Below are positions 28,313-38,687 of a DNA stretch of 64,000 nt, piece by piece. The notes beneath the pieces are model-generated. The model did no database searches and had not been told where the DNA came from. It saw only the letters and a list, made by a program, of their open reading frames with translations. Made by a program: the position numbers and the translations under genes. The stretch comes from Candidatus Bathyarchaeota archaeon (GTDB lineage: Archaea; Thermoproteota; Bathyarchaeia; TCS64), in NCBI GenBank assembly GCA_963769425.1, contig CAVYLP010000003.1:224001-288000 (forward strand). Direction: 5' to 3'. Every line of letters begins with the position of its first letter. Position 1 is the stretch's first letter.

Positions 28313-28997
28313 GGCTGAGCAGCGCTTCGGGTAGATCTTGCATCGACTTGATCGTAGCGTCGGGCTTCGCTGCTTCCATCGCCACCTTGTTCGTGAAGTA
28401 GACTGGAATCGCGATAGTCCTAGCCCCCGCTGCCTTACCCGCCAGCACGTCGTTGTGGCTGTCACCCACCATCACGCCGTCTAGTGGGTCTACACCCATC
28501 TCCTTGAAGCAGGCCAGAACCTGGTCGGGGTGGGGCTTCATGAGCAGGCCAGGGGTTCTACCGACAACGGATTGGAAGAACTGGGAAACCTCTAGTCTAT
28601 CGAGAATCTCCTTCGCAACGCCACCCGAGTTCGAGGTGCAGACCGCCATTTTAACCCCCTGATCCCTGAGCCATCCCAGCGTCTCACGGGTCCCCGGCAT
28701 GAAACCGCACATCTCGATCCCCTCGGCCTCGTAGCCGTCCAGCACCCCCCATATTCTACCGCGCAGCTCCTCGATCTCCTCCCGAGACTGCGTAGTTGCG
28801 AGCCGGGTCTCCATCTCGTGGATCAGGTTGAAGAGACCCTTAGAGGTGCAGCTCGAGATCATTTCCTCGCTGCAACCGCACGCCCGGTAAGCCCCGACAA
28901 CTTCCTCCTGTGCCTCCCTCCACCTGACATGCTCACCAAGGTCGATGAGTGTGGCGTCCAGATCGAATACTATACCTTTGATCTTTAAGGGAGTCAA
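28305..28997 (-). CDS. HAD-family hydrolase (phosphoglycolate phosphatase-like)
   Basis: FDLDATL, TSN, KPHP, VGDSHND. Confidence 0.9.
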   Translation of the reverse strand: MTPLKIKGIVFDLDATLIDLGEHVRWREAQEEVVGAYRACGCSEEMISSCTSKGLFNLIHEMETRLATTQSREEIEELRGRIWGVLDGYEAEGIEMCGFMPGTRETLGWLRDQGVKMAVCTSNSGGVAKEILDRLEVSQFFQSVVGRTPGLLMKPHPDQVLACFKEMGVDPLDGVMVGDSHNDVLAGKAAGARTIAIPVYFTNKVAMEAAKPDATIKSMQDLPEALLSLR

Positions 28998-29037
28998 GAC
29001 GAATGCGGAGAGTGGGTTCAGGTTATTTATAGTTGTG

Positions 29038-29115
29038 TGGAGCCCCGGGCGGGATTTGGACCCGCGATCTTTTGCTTACCAAGCAAACGCTTTAGCCTGG
29101 CTAAGCCACCGGGGC
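29038..29115 (-). tRNA. tRNA-Thr(GGT), CCA encoded
   Basis: Acceptor GCCCCGG/CCGGGGC, anticodon arm TTTGC-TTGGTAA-GCAAA. Confidence 0.93.
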
Positions 29116-29404
29116 GAACAATCATAAGCACAGGGAGGATTGATTTTAAGCTTATCCCGCTTAGAATAGGGGTCTAAATGAAAAAGGAAATAGACGCCAG
29201 CCTTTCGTCAATGAGTGTGTTTTTCTAGTTACTAAATAACTGATATTATAGACTATTTTCCCTAACGCGGCGATTATCAACGTCCGTAAAAATCGTGTAA
29301 TAAACCCGAGTGAAACTGAGTGAAAATGATGCGAAAGTAATTTCTGATTAATGCCATTATATTTATATACTCAGAAATTATCCTATTTGTGGGGCTGATT
29401 AGTA

Positions 29405-29641
29405 GTGGCTCAGGTTGGTTCTAAGCGAGCGATGGTCGAGCGCATCGTGCAGACGACCCGCGAGGAGGCGGCATCCAAACGCAGGAGCGTGGAGACCATC
29501 GACCCGATCATCAAGGTCGGGCGAAGGATGTACCCGTACCTCTCTGATCGTGATCTCCTCGACTGCGCATCTACCGCCCTTCGTGTCATCCTCAGCAAAA
29601 AGGGGTCAGATCCCCTCCAAATGACCCTTGTCACCTACTGA
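29405..29641 (+). CDS. Small hypothetical protein
   Basis: 78-aa ORF, TTTATATA box about 40 bp upstream. Confidence 0.6.
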   Translation: MAQVGSKRAMVERIVQTTREEAASKRRSVETIDPIIKVGRRMYPYLSDRDLLDCASTALRVILSKKGSDPLQMTLVTY

Positions 29642-30467
29642 GTCCGGCTAGTTCCCGCACCTTGTCCATGTTCTGGTAATCGCTGCGTCTGCTATCTATC
29701 GGCGTCTCCATTATCAGGGGTCTCTTGGCTAGTTGGCTCACGAGTATGCGGCGGAACCCTTCCACTCCGATCTTGCCGAGTCCAATATGATCGTGGTGGT
29801 CAACCCCTGAGCCGAGTTCACCAAAGGAGTCGTTTAGATGGACGAGTTTGAGCTTGCTGAAGCCGATTGTCTTCCTTAGTACCCGAAGCGTCTGGGCGAG
29901 GCCATCCTCTGTTGCTATATTGTAGCCTGCCGCGAACGTGTGGCACGTGTCAAGGCAGAACCCGAGCTTCTTGCTCCCAAGTTCGTTGATGAGGTCGGCT
30001 ATATAGCCGAAGTTTGACCCCATATGACCTCCCGAGCCTGAATCGTTCTCAAGGAGTATCATGGAGCTGTCCTCGTCGACTGCTTGTCCAAGGGCCTGTA
30101 TAAGACGCAGCCTCCCACCCTCGGCGCCCGAGCCCACGTGGCTCCCGATGTGGGTCACGATGTACAATATACCTAACTCCTTGCACCTCTCAGTCTCCTC
30201 GATGAGTGCGTCTACGGATTTCTTGTAGATGGTGTCGCTTGGGCTGGCGAGATTTGGGAGGTAGGGCATGTGGGAGAAGACAGGGCCTATCCCCGACTCC
30301 CTATGCTTTCGGCGGAACACCCTGACCTCATCTGGGTTGAGGGGCTTGGACTTCCAAGTCCTCGGGTTCCGGGTGAATATCTGGAAGGCTGTGCACCCGA
30401 GAAGTTGAGCCCTGTCGAAAGACTGGTCTATGGAACCGGATATTGAGACGTGAAAGCCCAGCTTCAC
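29631..30467 (-). CDS. nfo: Endonuclease IV
   Basis: GFHVSI, QIFTRNP, HMPYLPNL, LEN, DTCH, HLNDS, DHHDHIG, MET. Confidence 0.93.
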   Translation of the reverse strand: MKLGFHVSISGSIDQSFDRAQLLGCTAFQIFTRNPRTWKSKPLNPDEVRVFRRKHRESGIGPVFSHMPYLPNLASPSDTIYKKSVDALIEETERCKELGILYIVTHIGSHVGSGAEGGRLRLIQALGQAVDEDSSMILLENDSGSGGHMGSNFGYIADLINELGSKKLGFCLDTCHTFAAGYNIATEDGLAQTLRVLRKTIGFSKLKLVHLNDSFGELGSGVDHHDHIGLGKIGVEGFRRILVSQLAKRPLIMETPIDSRRSDYQNMDKVRELAGLSR

Positions 30468-30513
30468 GATTGAGATAAAGGTCTCCGGGGTATTAAAAGT
30501 GGGAGAAGAAGGG

Positions 30514-31857
30514 CTACGATGCCTTCTTGACCGCCTTCTCGAGGATCTCCATCCCAGAGTCTAAGATGTCGTCCTCGATGGTGAGCGGCGGGTGGAGGCG
30601 TACGCAGTTGTTGTAGAGCCCAGCCTTTAGGATCATTAGGCCGCTGCTGAGGCAGGTCTTGATGACCTTGCTGCTCGCGTCGGGGTTGGGAGTCTTGGAC
30701 TTCTTGTCCGTGACGAACTCCATCGCGAGCATTGGGCCTAGTCCCCTGACGTCGCCGATGATCTCGTACTTCTCCTTCATCTCCTCAAGCATCGGGCGTA
30801 GGTGCTTGCCCATCTTGGCGGAGTGCTCCACAATCTTCTCGCGCTTTATTAACTCAAGCACTTTAAGACCCGTTGCACAGGCGATCGGGTTGCCACCGTA
30901 GGTGCCGCCCATGCTGCCTGGGTAGGTGTCCTTCATCAACTCATCCTTAGCGACCACGCAGCTGAGGGGGAGGCCAGAGGCGATTGCCTTGGCCATGGTC
31001 ATGATGTCGGGCTCGATGCCGTAGTGCTCGATTGCCCACATCTTGCCGGTGCGGCCGAAGCCCGTCTGGACCTCGTCGATGATCATCTTAATGCCGTGCT
31101 CGTCGGCGAGCTTCTTCAGTTCCTTGAACCAGTCGAGTGGCGGTGTGATGAAGCCTCCCTCGCCCTGAACTGGTTCGGCGATTATCGCGCCGACGGTGGA
31201 GGGGTCGACCTGTGTTTTGAAGATGCTGTGTTCTATGTGTTCGATGCATGCGTGTCCGCAGTCTGGGTACTCGACGTGGAATGGGCATCTGTAGCAGTAG
31301 GCGTAGGGCGTGAAGTAAACGCCGGGTACAAATGGTCCGAAGCCTACCTTGTATGGGTCCCACTTGCCCGTGAGGGTCATAGCCATCCACGTCCTGCCGT
31401 GGAAGCTGTTCTCGAAGCTCAGTATGTTCGGCCTCTTAGTCCCCTGGCGGACGAGCTTTACCGCGTTCTCGACGGCCTCGCTCCCACTATTCAGGAACAT
31501 GGCCCTCTTCTTGTAAGTGCCAGGTGTGACCTTCACCATCGCCTCAGCGAGCTTCACGTATGGCTCGTAGTTGACGACGTGTATGCAGCCGTGGATGAGC
31601 TTGCCCGCCTGGTCGCAGATCGTGTCGACGATCTCCTGTTTGCAGTGGCCTAGGCTGACGACGCCTATTCCGCTCGTGAAGTCGATCAGGGTGTTCCCGT
31701 CGACGTCCGTTACTAATGCGCCCTTTGACTCGGCTACACCGATGGGCTGTGTGAGGTAGACACCCGGCGGCACGAACTCGTTTCTCTCCGCGAGCAGCGC
31801 CTTGCTCTTTGGGCCGGGTATCTCTGTGATGAGGTTAGGAACCTTCGCCTTCGGCAT
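30514..31857 (-). CDS. Class III aminotransferase (4-aminobutyrate aminotransferase-like)
   Basis: SGSEAVENA, FHGRT, EPVQGEGG, DEVQTGFGRTG, AKAIASG. Confidence 0.9.
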   Translation of the reverse strand: MPKAKVPNLITEIPGPKSKALLAERNEFVPPGVYLTQPIGVAESKGALVTDVDGNTLIDFTSGIGVVSLGHCKQEIVDTICDQAGKLIHGCIHVVNYEPYVKLAEAMVKVTPGTYKKRAMFLNSGSEAVENAVKLVRQGTKRPNILSFENSFHGRTWMAMTLTGKWDPYKVGFGPFVPGVYFTPYAYCYRCPFHVEYPDCGHACIEHIEHSIFKTQVDPSTVGAIIAEPVQGEGGFITPPLDWFKELKKLADEHGIKMIIDEVQTGFGRTGKMWAIEHYGIEPDIMTMAKAIASGLPLSCVVAKDELMKDTYPGSMGGTYGGNPIACATGLKVLELIKREKIVEHSAKMGKHLRPMLEEMKEKYEIIGDVRGLGPMLAMEFVTDKKSKTPNPDASSKVIKTCLSSGLMILKAGLYNNCVRLHPPLTIEDDILDSGMEILEKAVKKAS

Positions 31858-31930
31858 GTTCCATCGACTATGGTTCCTTGATTCAGCTAATAACGGTAAT
31901 GGTGAGTAAAAGTGGCGAGAGGGAGGGGGT

Positions 31931-32870
31931 TTATGCGACGGTGAGGGCTAGGACCGCCTTCTCAGTGTGCATCCTGTTCTCGCCCTCATCGAAGACTACG
32001 CTGTGAGGTCCCTCGATGACCGAGTCGGTCATCTCCTCGCCGCGGTAGCCGGGGAGGCAATGCATGAAGACGCTATCGGGCTTCGCGAACTTGATAGTCT
32101 CGTCATTGATCTGGTACTTGGCGAAGGCGACCTTGCGCTGCTCGATGTCCTTGTGCCCCATGCTGTGGAAGGTATTGGCGTAGACCACGTCGGCGCCCTT
32201 CAGCGCCTCCTCTAGGTCGTCGGTGACGACCATCTGGGTCTTGCCGATGCTGGCATGCTCCTCCGCGAACTTTGTTATCTTGGGGTTCGGTGCCCAGCCC
32301 TTGGGTAGTGCGATGTAGCAGTCCATACCTAGGAGGCTGCTACAGGTCATGAGGCTGTGGCAGACGTTCCACGGGTCGCCGACGTAGGCGAGCTTGTAGG
32401 CCCTTGATGTGGCCCTTGTGCTCTCGGATTGTGAGCATGTCGGCGAGGCCCTGGCAGGGGTGCACGAGGTCAGTTAGCGCGTTGATGACGGGGTTCTTCA
32501 TGTACTTGGCGTATTCGTCGACGATTTCCTGACCGTAGGTGCGTATAACGAGTGCGTCGCAGTACCTGTCGAGAATGCGCGCCGTGTCCTTGATGGGCTC
32601 GCCGCGCGCCAGCTGCATCGTGTCGGGTGTCGCGTAGAAGCTCTGCGCCCCAAGGTGGGCGATGCCCGCTTGGAAGCTGAAGCGGGTACGCGTGCTATTC
32701 TTCTCGAAGACCATGGCGATGGTACGCCCCGCAAGGTAGTCGTGAGGTTCCTTCATCATCCGCTTATACTTCAGCTGCTGGGCGACGTCCAGCATGTAGG
32801 TGATCTCGAGGGGTGAATAGTCCATAAGGGTGAGGAAGTCCTTTCCGAGGAAGCGATCCTTCATACTCAT
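31931..32870 (-). CDS. Ornithine carbamoyltransferase-like transcarbamylase, +1 frameshift near 32397
   Basis: STRTR, HPCQ, YVGD, HCLP, ENRMH; removing one base restores KGLKLAYVGDPWNV. Confidence 0.88.
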
Positions 32871-32970
32871 TACAGGTCGTGGTATGATCCATCTAGAACG
32901 TCTTTAACATTAACGGTCGCGGATGTGGCACGGGTTGCTGCAACGATAGATAACGGAAAAAAAGTGCTGG

Positions 32971-33069
32971 GTGAACCTACAGACGCAGCCTCAGGCCTGT
33001 CCGAAGTGCGGGAATGCCCTCAAGCCCGGTCAGAAATTCTGCAACATTTGTGGCGCTCAGTTACAGTAG
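32971..33069 (+). CDS. 32-aa zinc-ribbon mini-ORF or gene remnant
   Basis: CPKCGNALKPGQKFCNICGAQL. Confidence 0.5.
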   Translation: MNLQTQPQACPKCGNALKPGQKFCNICGAQLQ

Positions 33070-33071
33070 GG

Positions 33072-33536
33072 CTACTTCCAGTCCCCGAGCGCCTTCCTTA
33101 TGTCTAGTATCTTGCCGTAATGGTAGGCGTTATGCTCGACGATTATCATGAGCTCGCGCAGGTAGGTGTTCTCGGTCTGCGGGACCATCGAGAGAAGGTC
33201 GATCTCCGTGTTCTTCGCTAGTTTTATTGCCCTCCTCTGATCTTTGAAGAAGCCATCAAGCGACTTTTTCCACTCCTCATCTGTCGGTTTATGCCCTGTT
33301 TCGGGCCAGAATCCTATCGGCCACTCCGTAGGCTTCCAGTCTGGATCGAGTGCGAAGTCAAGGAGGTCCTTCTGCGCTCTGCGAATGTGCTCCAGCTCCT
33401 CGTAGACGGAGTGCAGGGCCTTGTTCGGTCTCACCCCTCTGAGTTCGGGTTTCATGCCGTCGAGCCCGGCCTTGTAGTCGACAAATGCCTGACCGCCCTT
33501 AAGCGATAACACGAGATGTTCTCTAAAAGCGTCCAT
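33072..33536 (-). CDS. DinB-family protein
   Basis: HSVYEELEH..HNAYHYG. Confidence 0.8.
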   Translation of the reverse strand: MDAFREHLVLSLKGGQAFVDYKAGLDGMKPELRGVRPNKALHSVYEELEHIRRAQKDLLDFALDPDWKPTEWPIGFWPETGHKPTDEEWKKSLDGFFKDQRRAIKLAKNTEIDLLSMVPQTENTYLRELMIIVEHNAYHYGKILDIRKALGDWK

Positions 33537-33599
33537 TCAATGCACCTGCCTAGGTGGTGGGTGCAGGATGGATATTAAAGTGAATATTGAGGTGGGAGT

Positions 33600-34802
33600 T
33601 TAGGCGCGCCACTCGCGACCGAGGACCTCGCGGCTGATGATGACTTTCTGTACGTTCGCCGCGCCCTCCGCGCCGATACAGTAGCTCATCAAGCCACGGA
33701 GACCCATCTCGAGGGGGCACTCCTTGGTGTAGCCGTAGGCGCCCATCCAGAGGAGGACCCTGCGGAACACGTCTAGCGCGTGGTGTGGTGCGAGGTACTT
33801 GCACATGCCGAGGTATTTGCTCACCTCGAGGGCATCGAAGGTGCCGTGCTTATACTTCTGGTCGAGCATCCATGCCGTCTTGTAGACGAGGCTCTTGATG
33901 GCCTCGTGGTGGGCCGCCATGTCAGCTAGGTCGAACTGCACTCCCTGGAACTTGGCGATCGGCTGGCCGAAGACCTGACGCTGCTTTATGTAATCCATGC
34001 CTAGCTCCATCGCACGTGAAGCCGCGCCTATGCAGCTGGCGGAGACCATGACGCGGGCCGCGTCGAAGCCCTCCATCGTGTAGTAGAAGCCCTTGCCCTC
34101 CTCGCCGAGGAGGTACTCCTTGGGGAGCTGGACGTCGGTCATCTTGAATCCGCCGGTGCTGATGGCCATCCTGCCCATGTTATCGAAGCGCTTCGTTATC
34201 TCGACGCCTGGGGCGTTGATTGGCATGAATAGGGCGCTCATGCCCTTGTGGCCCTTCGCGCGGTCGGTGTAGCCGGAGACGAAGTAGCCGCCGTTGATCT
34301 CGGTGGCCTCGGCGGTGCCGCTGATGTAGCACTTCTCGCCGTTGAGGAGGTAGCCCTTGTCGTTTTTCTTGATCATCGTCTTGAAGCCGGCGACGTCACT
34401 GCCGCCCCCGGGCTCCGTGGCGCCGATCCCTATGAACGACTCACCTCTCGCCGCCTTGCGGAGGCACGCCTCTCTGACGGGCTCCTGCGCATACTTGTCG
34501 ACGACGAAGCCCCAGCTCGCCTGAACGAGGTAGAAGACGGGGGACGCTACGGAGATGTCGGCGTAGCCGAGCTCCTCGGCCCCGATGGTGGCCGTGATCC
34601 AGTCTGCGCCTGCGCCGCCGTGCTCCTCGGGCAGCGTGAGACAGAGAAGACCCAGGTCGCCGAGCCCCTTCATGAAGCTCTTAGGGATCTGGTGCTTCGT
34701 GTCGTTCTCCCTGACCTGCTCTAGTGTCAGGTTCTTCGAGAGCCAGTCCTTTACTGACTCGCGGAACAGCTGCTGCTCTTCGGTGAATGAGAAGTCTATC
34801 AA
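33600..34802 (-). CDS. Acyl-CoA dehydrogenase
   Basis: TEPGGGSD, LNGEK, RQVFGQPI..FQ, GAYGY. Confidence 0.93.
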   Translation of the reverse strand: MIDFSFTEEQQLFRESVKDWLSKNLTLEQVRENDTKHQIPKSFMKGLGDLGLLCLTLPEEHGGAGADWITATIGAEELGYADISVASPVFYLVQASWGFVVDKYAQEPVREACLRKAARGESFIGIGATEPGGGSDVAGFKTMIKKNDKGYLLNGEKCYISGTAEATEINGGYFVSGYTDRAKGHKGMSALFMPINAPGVEITKRFDNMGRMAISTGGFKMTDVQLPKEYLLGEEGKGFYYTMEGFDAARVMVSASCIGAASRAMELGMDYIKQRQVFGQPIAKFQGVQFDLADMAAHHEAIKSLVYKTAWMLDQKYKHGTFDALEVSKYLGMCKYLAPHHALDVFRRVLLWMGAYGYTKECPLEMGLRGLMSYCIGAEGAANVQKVIISREVLGREWRA

Positions 34803-34951
34803 CGTTACAACCCTCTGTTTTTGCTGTCTGAGCGCCCCGACGATATTTAAGCACTTCGTCATGAGACGAATACGGGTTCGACGTGAGACGATTCCATTCT
34901 TCGGCAACGATTAATACCCAATCGGACCAAGCTTGAGGCGTGGGTTTCCTG

Positions 34952-36121
34952 ATGAAGATACTTGTACTCGGGATGGGCCTAATGGGGCCGACCGTCGCCA
35001 AGGATTGTGCCGGCGACAAGCGTGTGGAGAAGGTAACGGGCTGCGACATCGACGAGTCGAAGCTGCAGGCGGCTAAGAAGTACGTTGACAGCAAGAAGTT
35101 CGACACGAAGAAGGCGGACTTGACAAGCCACGAGTCGCTCGTCGCCGCTATGAAGGGCTACGACGTCGTGGTGAACGCTTCCTCTGCGAAGTTCAGCATG
35201 GGCGTCCTAAAGGCCGCCATGGAAGCGAAATGTAACGTGGAGGATCTCGCCGGCGGAGGATATCCGCTCGACGGCCCCATCTACAAGGAGGTGGAGAAGG
35301 CCGGGATCACAGCCATCCCCGGGAGCGGCGTCGACCCGGGCCTCATTGACCTTCTTTGCGGGCAGGCGATGGAGTACATGGACGATGTGGAGGACGTTAA
35401 CTTCGCCTGCGGCGGCCTACCAAAGGACCCTAAGCCACCGCTCGACTACAAGATAGTCTTCGGCGGCACCCGGATGCCCATACGCCCCGGCAAGGTCCCA
35501 ATGATCGTAGACGGCAAGGTCCAAGAGATGGATAGATACAGCGAGGTCGAAGGCATCTTCGTCAACCAATACCCGGAGATGGAAGCATTCATCGACGGCT
35601 TCCCCTCCAGCCTCCTCAACCTCTGCCAGGAGAAGAAGGTCAAAAACTTCCGCGGCAAAACGATCAGGTACAGCGGCTTCGTTGACAAGCTCATGTTTCT
35701 CCTCGACCTCGGCGTTATCAGTAGCAAGCCAATCACCTACCAAGGGCGGGAGATCGTGCCCATTGACCTCTTCCACGAGCTCGTCTACCCCATCATAAAG
35801 TTCGACGAGGCAGCGGGGGACAGGGACATCACCGTCCTACAGGTAAGCGTATCTGGGAAGAAGGGCGGGATCGATATCGACGTCAACTACGAGATGCTTG
35901 ATGAGTACGACGAGAAGGCCGGTGTGACCTCGATGGCGAAGACCACGGGCTTCACCGCCGCCATAATCGCCCGTATCCTCGGAAGCGGCGCAGTAAAGAA
36001 GAAGGGCATACAGTGGCCCGTAAGAGTCATCAGGGGCGAACTATTTGAGGAACTCCTAAGCAGCCTCAGGGAGAGAGGCGTCGAGATAACAGAGACTATT
36101 ACGAAGACCCGTGGCGTCTAA
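34952..36121 (+). CDS. Saccharopine dehydrogenase-family oxidoreductase
   Basis: GMGLMG Rossmann, GVDPG, CGGLP, KTIRY, SMAKTTG. Confidence 0.87.
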   Translation: MKILVLGMGLMGPTVAKDCAGDKRVEKVTGCDIDESKLQAAKKYVDSKKFDTKKADLTSHESLVAAMKGYDVVVNASSAKFSMGVLKAAMEAKCNVEDLAGGGYPLDGPIYKEVEKAGITAIPGSGVDPGLIDLLCGQAMEYMDDVEDVNFACGGLPKDPKPPLDYKIVFGGTRMPIRPGKVPMIVDGKVQEMDRYSEVEGIFVNQYPEMEAFIDGFPSSLLNLCQEKKVKNFRGKTIRYSGFVDKLMFLLDLGVISSKPITYQGREIVPIDLFHELVYPIIKFDEAAGDRDITVLQVSVSGKKGGIDIDVNYEMLDEYDEKAGVTSMAKTTGFTAAIIARILGSGAVKKKGIQWPVRVIRGELFEELLSSLRERGVEITETITKTRGV

Positions 36122-36333
36122 GCTACTACAGACGCTGGGGCCGGCGTCGGCTCCTTCCTTCTATAATACAGGTAGATGCCCACCGCGAGGATGGCGGGCA
36201 CATGGAATATGCATACCTCGAATATCGGGTCCATGAACATGTACGCCGAGCGCTGAACAACGAACAGTACCACTGATATTAGGCCGAGTATGATGGCAGT
36301 CGTCCTCCAGGAGTTAAGGTCCGTAGGGTTCAA
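36118..36333 (-). CDS. Small two-TM membrane protein
   Basis: Two hydrophobic segments in a 71-aa ORF. Confidence 0.6.
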   Translation of the reverse strand: MNPTDLNSWRTTAIILGLISVVLFVVQRSAYMFMDPIFEVCIFHVPAILAVGIYLYYRRKEPTPAPASVVA

Positions 36334-36376
36334 CGGCTATGAGTGACAGCTTCCGGGGTAAAAAGGCTTCACCGGG

Positions 36377-36619
36377 TCAGCGCAGGTCGACGAGTGGGAT
36401 GTCCTGGTGTGAGCCGTCGGGCAGCGTCCTCCTGATGGTCATGGGGAGGACCCCCTCGTTTAGCTCCGCTAACGCGATGTCGATCGGGTCGCTGACCCTT
36501 TGTGGTAGTTCGACCAAGATTGGTGCCCCCAGCGATACCTGTAGCGCGCGTGCGCCTACGATCCTCGCCCTCTCGAAGCGCGTGAGCTTCGGCGGGCCAA
36601 TCATGACGTTTCCACTCAT
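36377..36619 (-). CDS. rpoK: RNA polymerase subunit Rpo6 (K)
   Basis: [24 protein letters not shown]. Confidence 0.96.
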   Translation of the reverse strand: MSGNVMIGPPKLTRFERARIVGARALQVSLGAPILVELPQRVSDPIDIALAELNEGVLPMTIRRTLPDGSHQDIPLVDLR

Positions 36620-36809
36620 CGTATTTACCTTCACAAAGCATAGATCTTAGGCAGCGCGTTAAGTGTGCAGGATGCGGTTCGACCGGAGTCATGTTCACAC
36701 AAAGTTGCCACCACGAAACTAACCTAGCAAACCAGATACTCTCAATATAAACATGCCTATTAACCTTTCAGAATTAACACTAATCTGAAAATTGGGTGGG
36801 ACGCCAAGT

Positions 36810-37724
36810 CTACTTCTCAGCTACAACCTTGTTCTTGATGGAGCCGATCTTCTCGACGCCCACCTCGACTATGTCTCCGGGTTTGAGGAGGCCGAGCGGG
36901 TGAGCCATGCCAACGCCCGATGGGGTGCCTGTGGCGAAAATGTCACCGACCTCGAGGGTTATCCCCGCGGACAGGGTGGCGACAATCTTCTTGAGGTTGA
37001 AGATCATGTCACTAGTATTCGTGTGCTGCCTCTCCTCACCGTTGACCTTGCACCAGAGATCAAGGTCCTGCGGGTCGCCGACTTCGTCCCTCGTCACGAT
37101 CCAGGGGCCCATTGGGGCGAACGTGTCGAGGCTCTTTCCCCTGTACCACTGCTGGTGCTTCGACTGCAGGTCCCTGGCGGAGACGTCGTCGAAAGCCATA
37201 TAGCCGGCGATATAGTCGTAGACCTTCTCCTCGGGGATATTCTTCCCCTTCTTCCCGATGACGAAGGCGAGCTCAGCCTCGTAGTCGAGCTTTTCGGTGA
37301 CCTTCGGGTAGATTATGTTATCGTAGGGTCCCGTTACAGCGGTTGGAGGCTTTGTGAAGTAAATTGGTACTGGCGGCAGGTTTGGTGCTGCTCCACCCTT
37401 GCTCCCCTCCTTCACGTGCTCAGCGTAGTTCAGCCCAAGACAGACGATGTTTTTTCTCGGCCTCGGTATCGGGGCCATCAGTTTCGCTTTCTTGAGGGGG
37501 GTGAGATATTTGGAGCCTTCTGCGGCTTTCATCGCCTTCTTCGCCTCGACCAGACCCCTGGAGCCAAGGTCGAGGAAACCGAGCATGTCGAGAGGAGCGA
37601 CCTTTACGCTCTTGAACGAGTCTCCGAGATGCGCCTTGAAGGCTGCATTTAGGTCGAGCACATCGTCGCCTACGACTGCGCCGATACTGATGTTTTTCCC
37701 GAATCGATAGGTTACGAGTTTCAT
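36810..37724 (-). CDS. Fumarylacetoacetate hydrolase family protein
   Basis: CLGLNYAEH, DYEAEL, DVSARD, TGTPSGVG. Confidence 0.92.
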   Translation of the reverse strand: MKLVTYRFGKNISIGAVVGDDVLDLNAAFKAHLGDSFKSVKVAPLDMLGFLDLGSRGLVEAKKAMKAAEGSKYLTPLKKAKLMAPIPRPRKNIVCLGLNYAEHVKEGSKGGAAPNLPPVPIYFTKPPTAVTGPYDNIIYPKVTEKLDYEAELAFVIGKKGKNIPEEKVYDYIAGYMAFDDVSARDLQSKHQQWYRGKSLDTFAPMGPWIVTRDEVGDPQDLDLWCKVNGEERQHTNTSDMIFNLKKIVATLSAGITLEVGDIFATGTPSGVGMAHPLGLLKPGDIVEVGVEKIGSIKNKVVAEK

Positions 37725-37786
37725 GCCAATCCCTTAATGCAACATGCTCGGGTTTTTAACACCATACGGTAAACGGTAGGATCGAG

Positions 37787-38176
37787 ATGGAAATCAAGAC
37801 ACACGAGGAGATTTCGCAGACGCTTGTTGGTATCCCACTAGAGGTCGTGGACGGGGTTAGGGCTGTTGCGGAGCTAACCGCGACTGGTGAGATGGCTGCG
37901 GACTCGACTGGACTCATCCATGGGGGATTCACCTTCGGCCTCGCAGACTACGCCGCGATGCTCGCAGTCAATCACCCGAACGTGGTGCTCGGCCAGGCTC
38001 AAGCGAAGTTCACCGCACCAATCCGTGTCGGTGAGACGATGAAGGCCGAGGCCATTGTCACGAAGAGAGAGGGGAGAAAAAGTGAGGTGAACGTCGAGGT
38101 TAAGGTGGGGGACAGGAAGGTATTCACTGGGTCGTTTACCTGCTATACTCTCGACAAACACGTTCTTGATATATGA
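37787..38176 (+). CDS. PaaI/hotdog thioesterase
   Basis: GLIHGGFTFGLADYAAM. Confidence 0.85.
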   Translation: MEIKTHEEISQTLVGIPLEVVDGVRAVAELTATGEMAADSTGLIHGGFTFGLADYAAMLAVNHPNVVLGQAQAKFTAPIRVGETMKAEAIVTKREGRKSEVNVEVKVGDRKVFTGSFTCYTLDKHVLDI

Positions 38177-38243
38177 CTGGAAATCGATGCAAAAAAATAG
38201 GCTAATTCTTTTATATTGCCCGTCGTTAATAGACGGCATTCAG

Positions 38244-38636
38244 GTGCGATCAAAATTGACAATCGTTATCGACCCCTCAAAGGAAGGTCTCGAAAAAGTC
38301 CTCAGGGACTACCAGATCGAGGCACTGCAGATCATCTGGAACAGCGACAATAAGGGCATGACCTCACGCGAGGTCTACCAGGCGGTCAACAAGTCGCTCG
38401 GGAGTAAGACAATCTCAAGGGCCTCCATAATCAACTTCCTCAACGATATGTGCGACGAGGGAGTCCTGAAGTACGAGGAGGAGACCTGCAAGGGCGGGAC
38501 CCGTAGGAAGTACTTCACCGGACTTGACGAGCTTGGTTTCAAGAAACATGTGGCCAAGGTTGTATTCAAGAGTCTCATGAAGGACTTCCCTGTGCAGACA
38601 AGGGAAGCCGTCGAGGAAGTCATCAACGACAACTAG
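38244..38636 (+). CDS. Winged-helix DNA-binding protein (BlaI/CopY-like)
   Basis: IIW..MTSREVY..ISRASIINFLNDM..GVL..KGG. Confidence 0.75.
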   Translation: MRSKLTIVIDPSKEGLEKVLRDYQIEALQIIWNSDNKGMTSREVYQAVNKSLGSKTISRASIINFLNDMCDEGVLKYEEETCKGGTRRKYFTGLDELGFKKHVAKVVFKSLMKDFPVQTREAVEEVINDN

Positions 38637-38687
38637 GCGAGAAAGCCTAAGCTTCTTTTAATCTGTAACATCACTCTTCTCCCAGAT

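Noticed and set aside
1134-32870. Programmed frameshifting or pseudogenisation of nucS (about 1571), endA (about 4670), secY (about 7313) and the argF-like gene (about 32397)
   Set aside because: Each is repaired by deleting one base, usually a duplicated A. There is no shared slippery motif and SecY is essential, so long-read indel error is the simplest explanation; a raw-read check would settle it.
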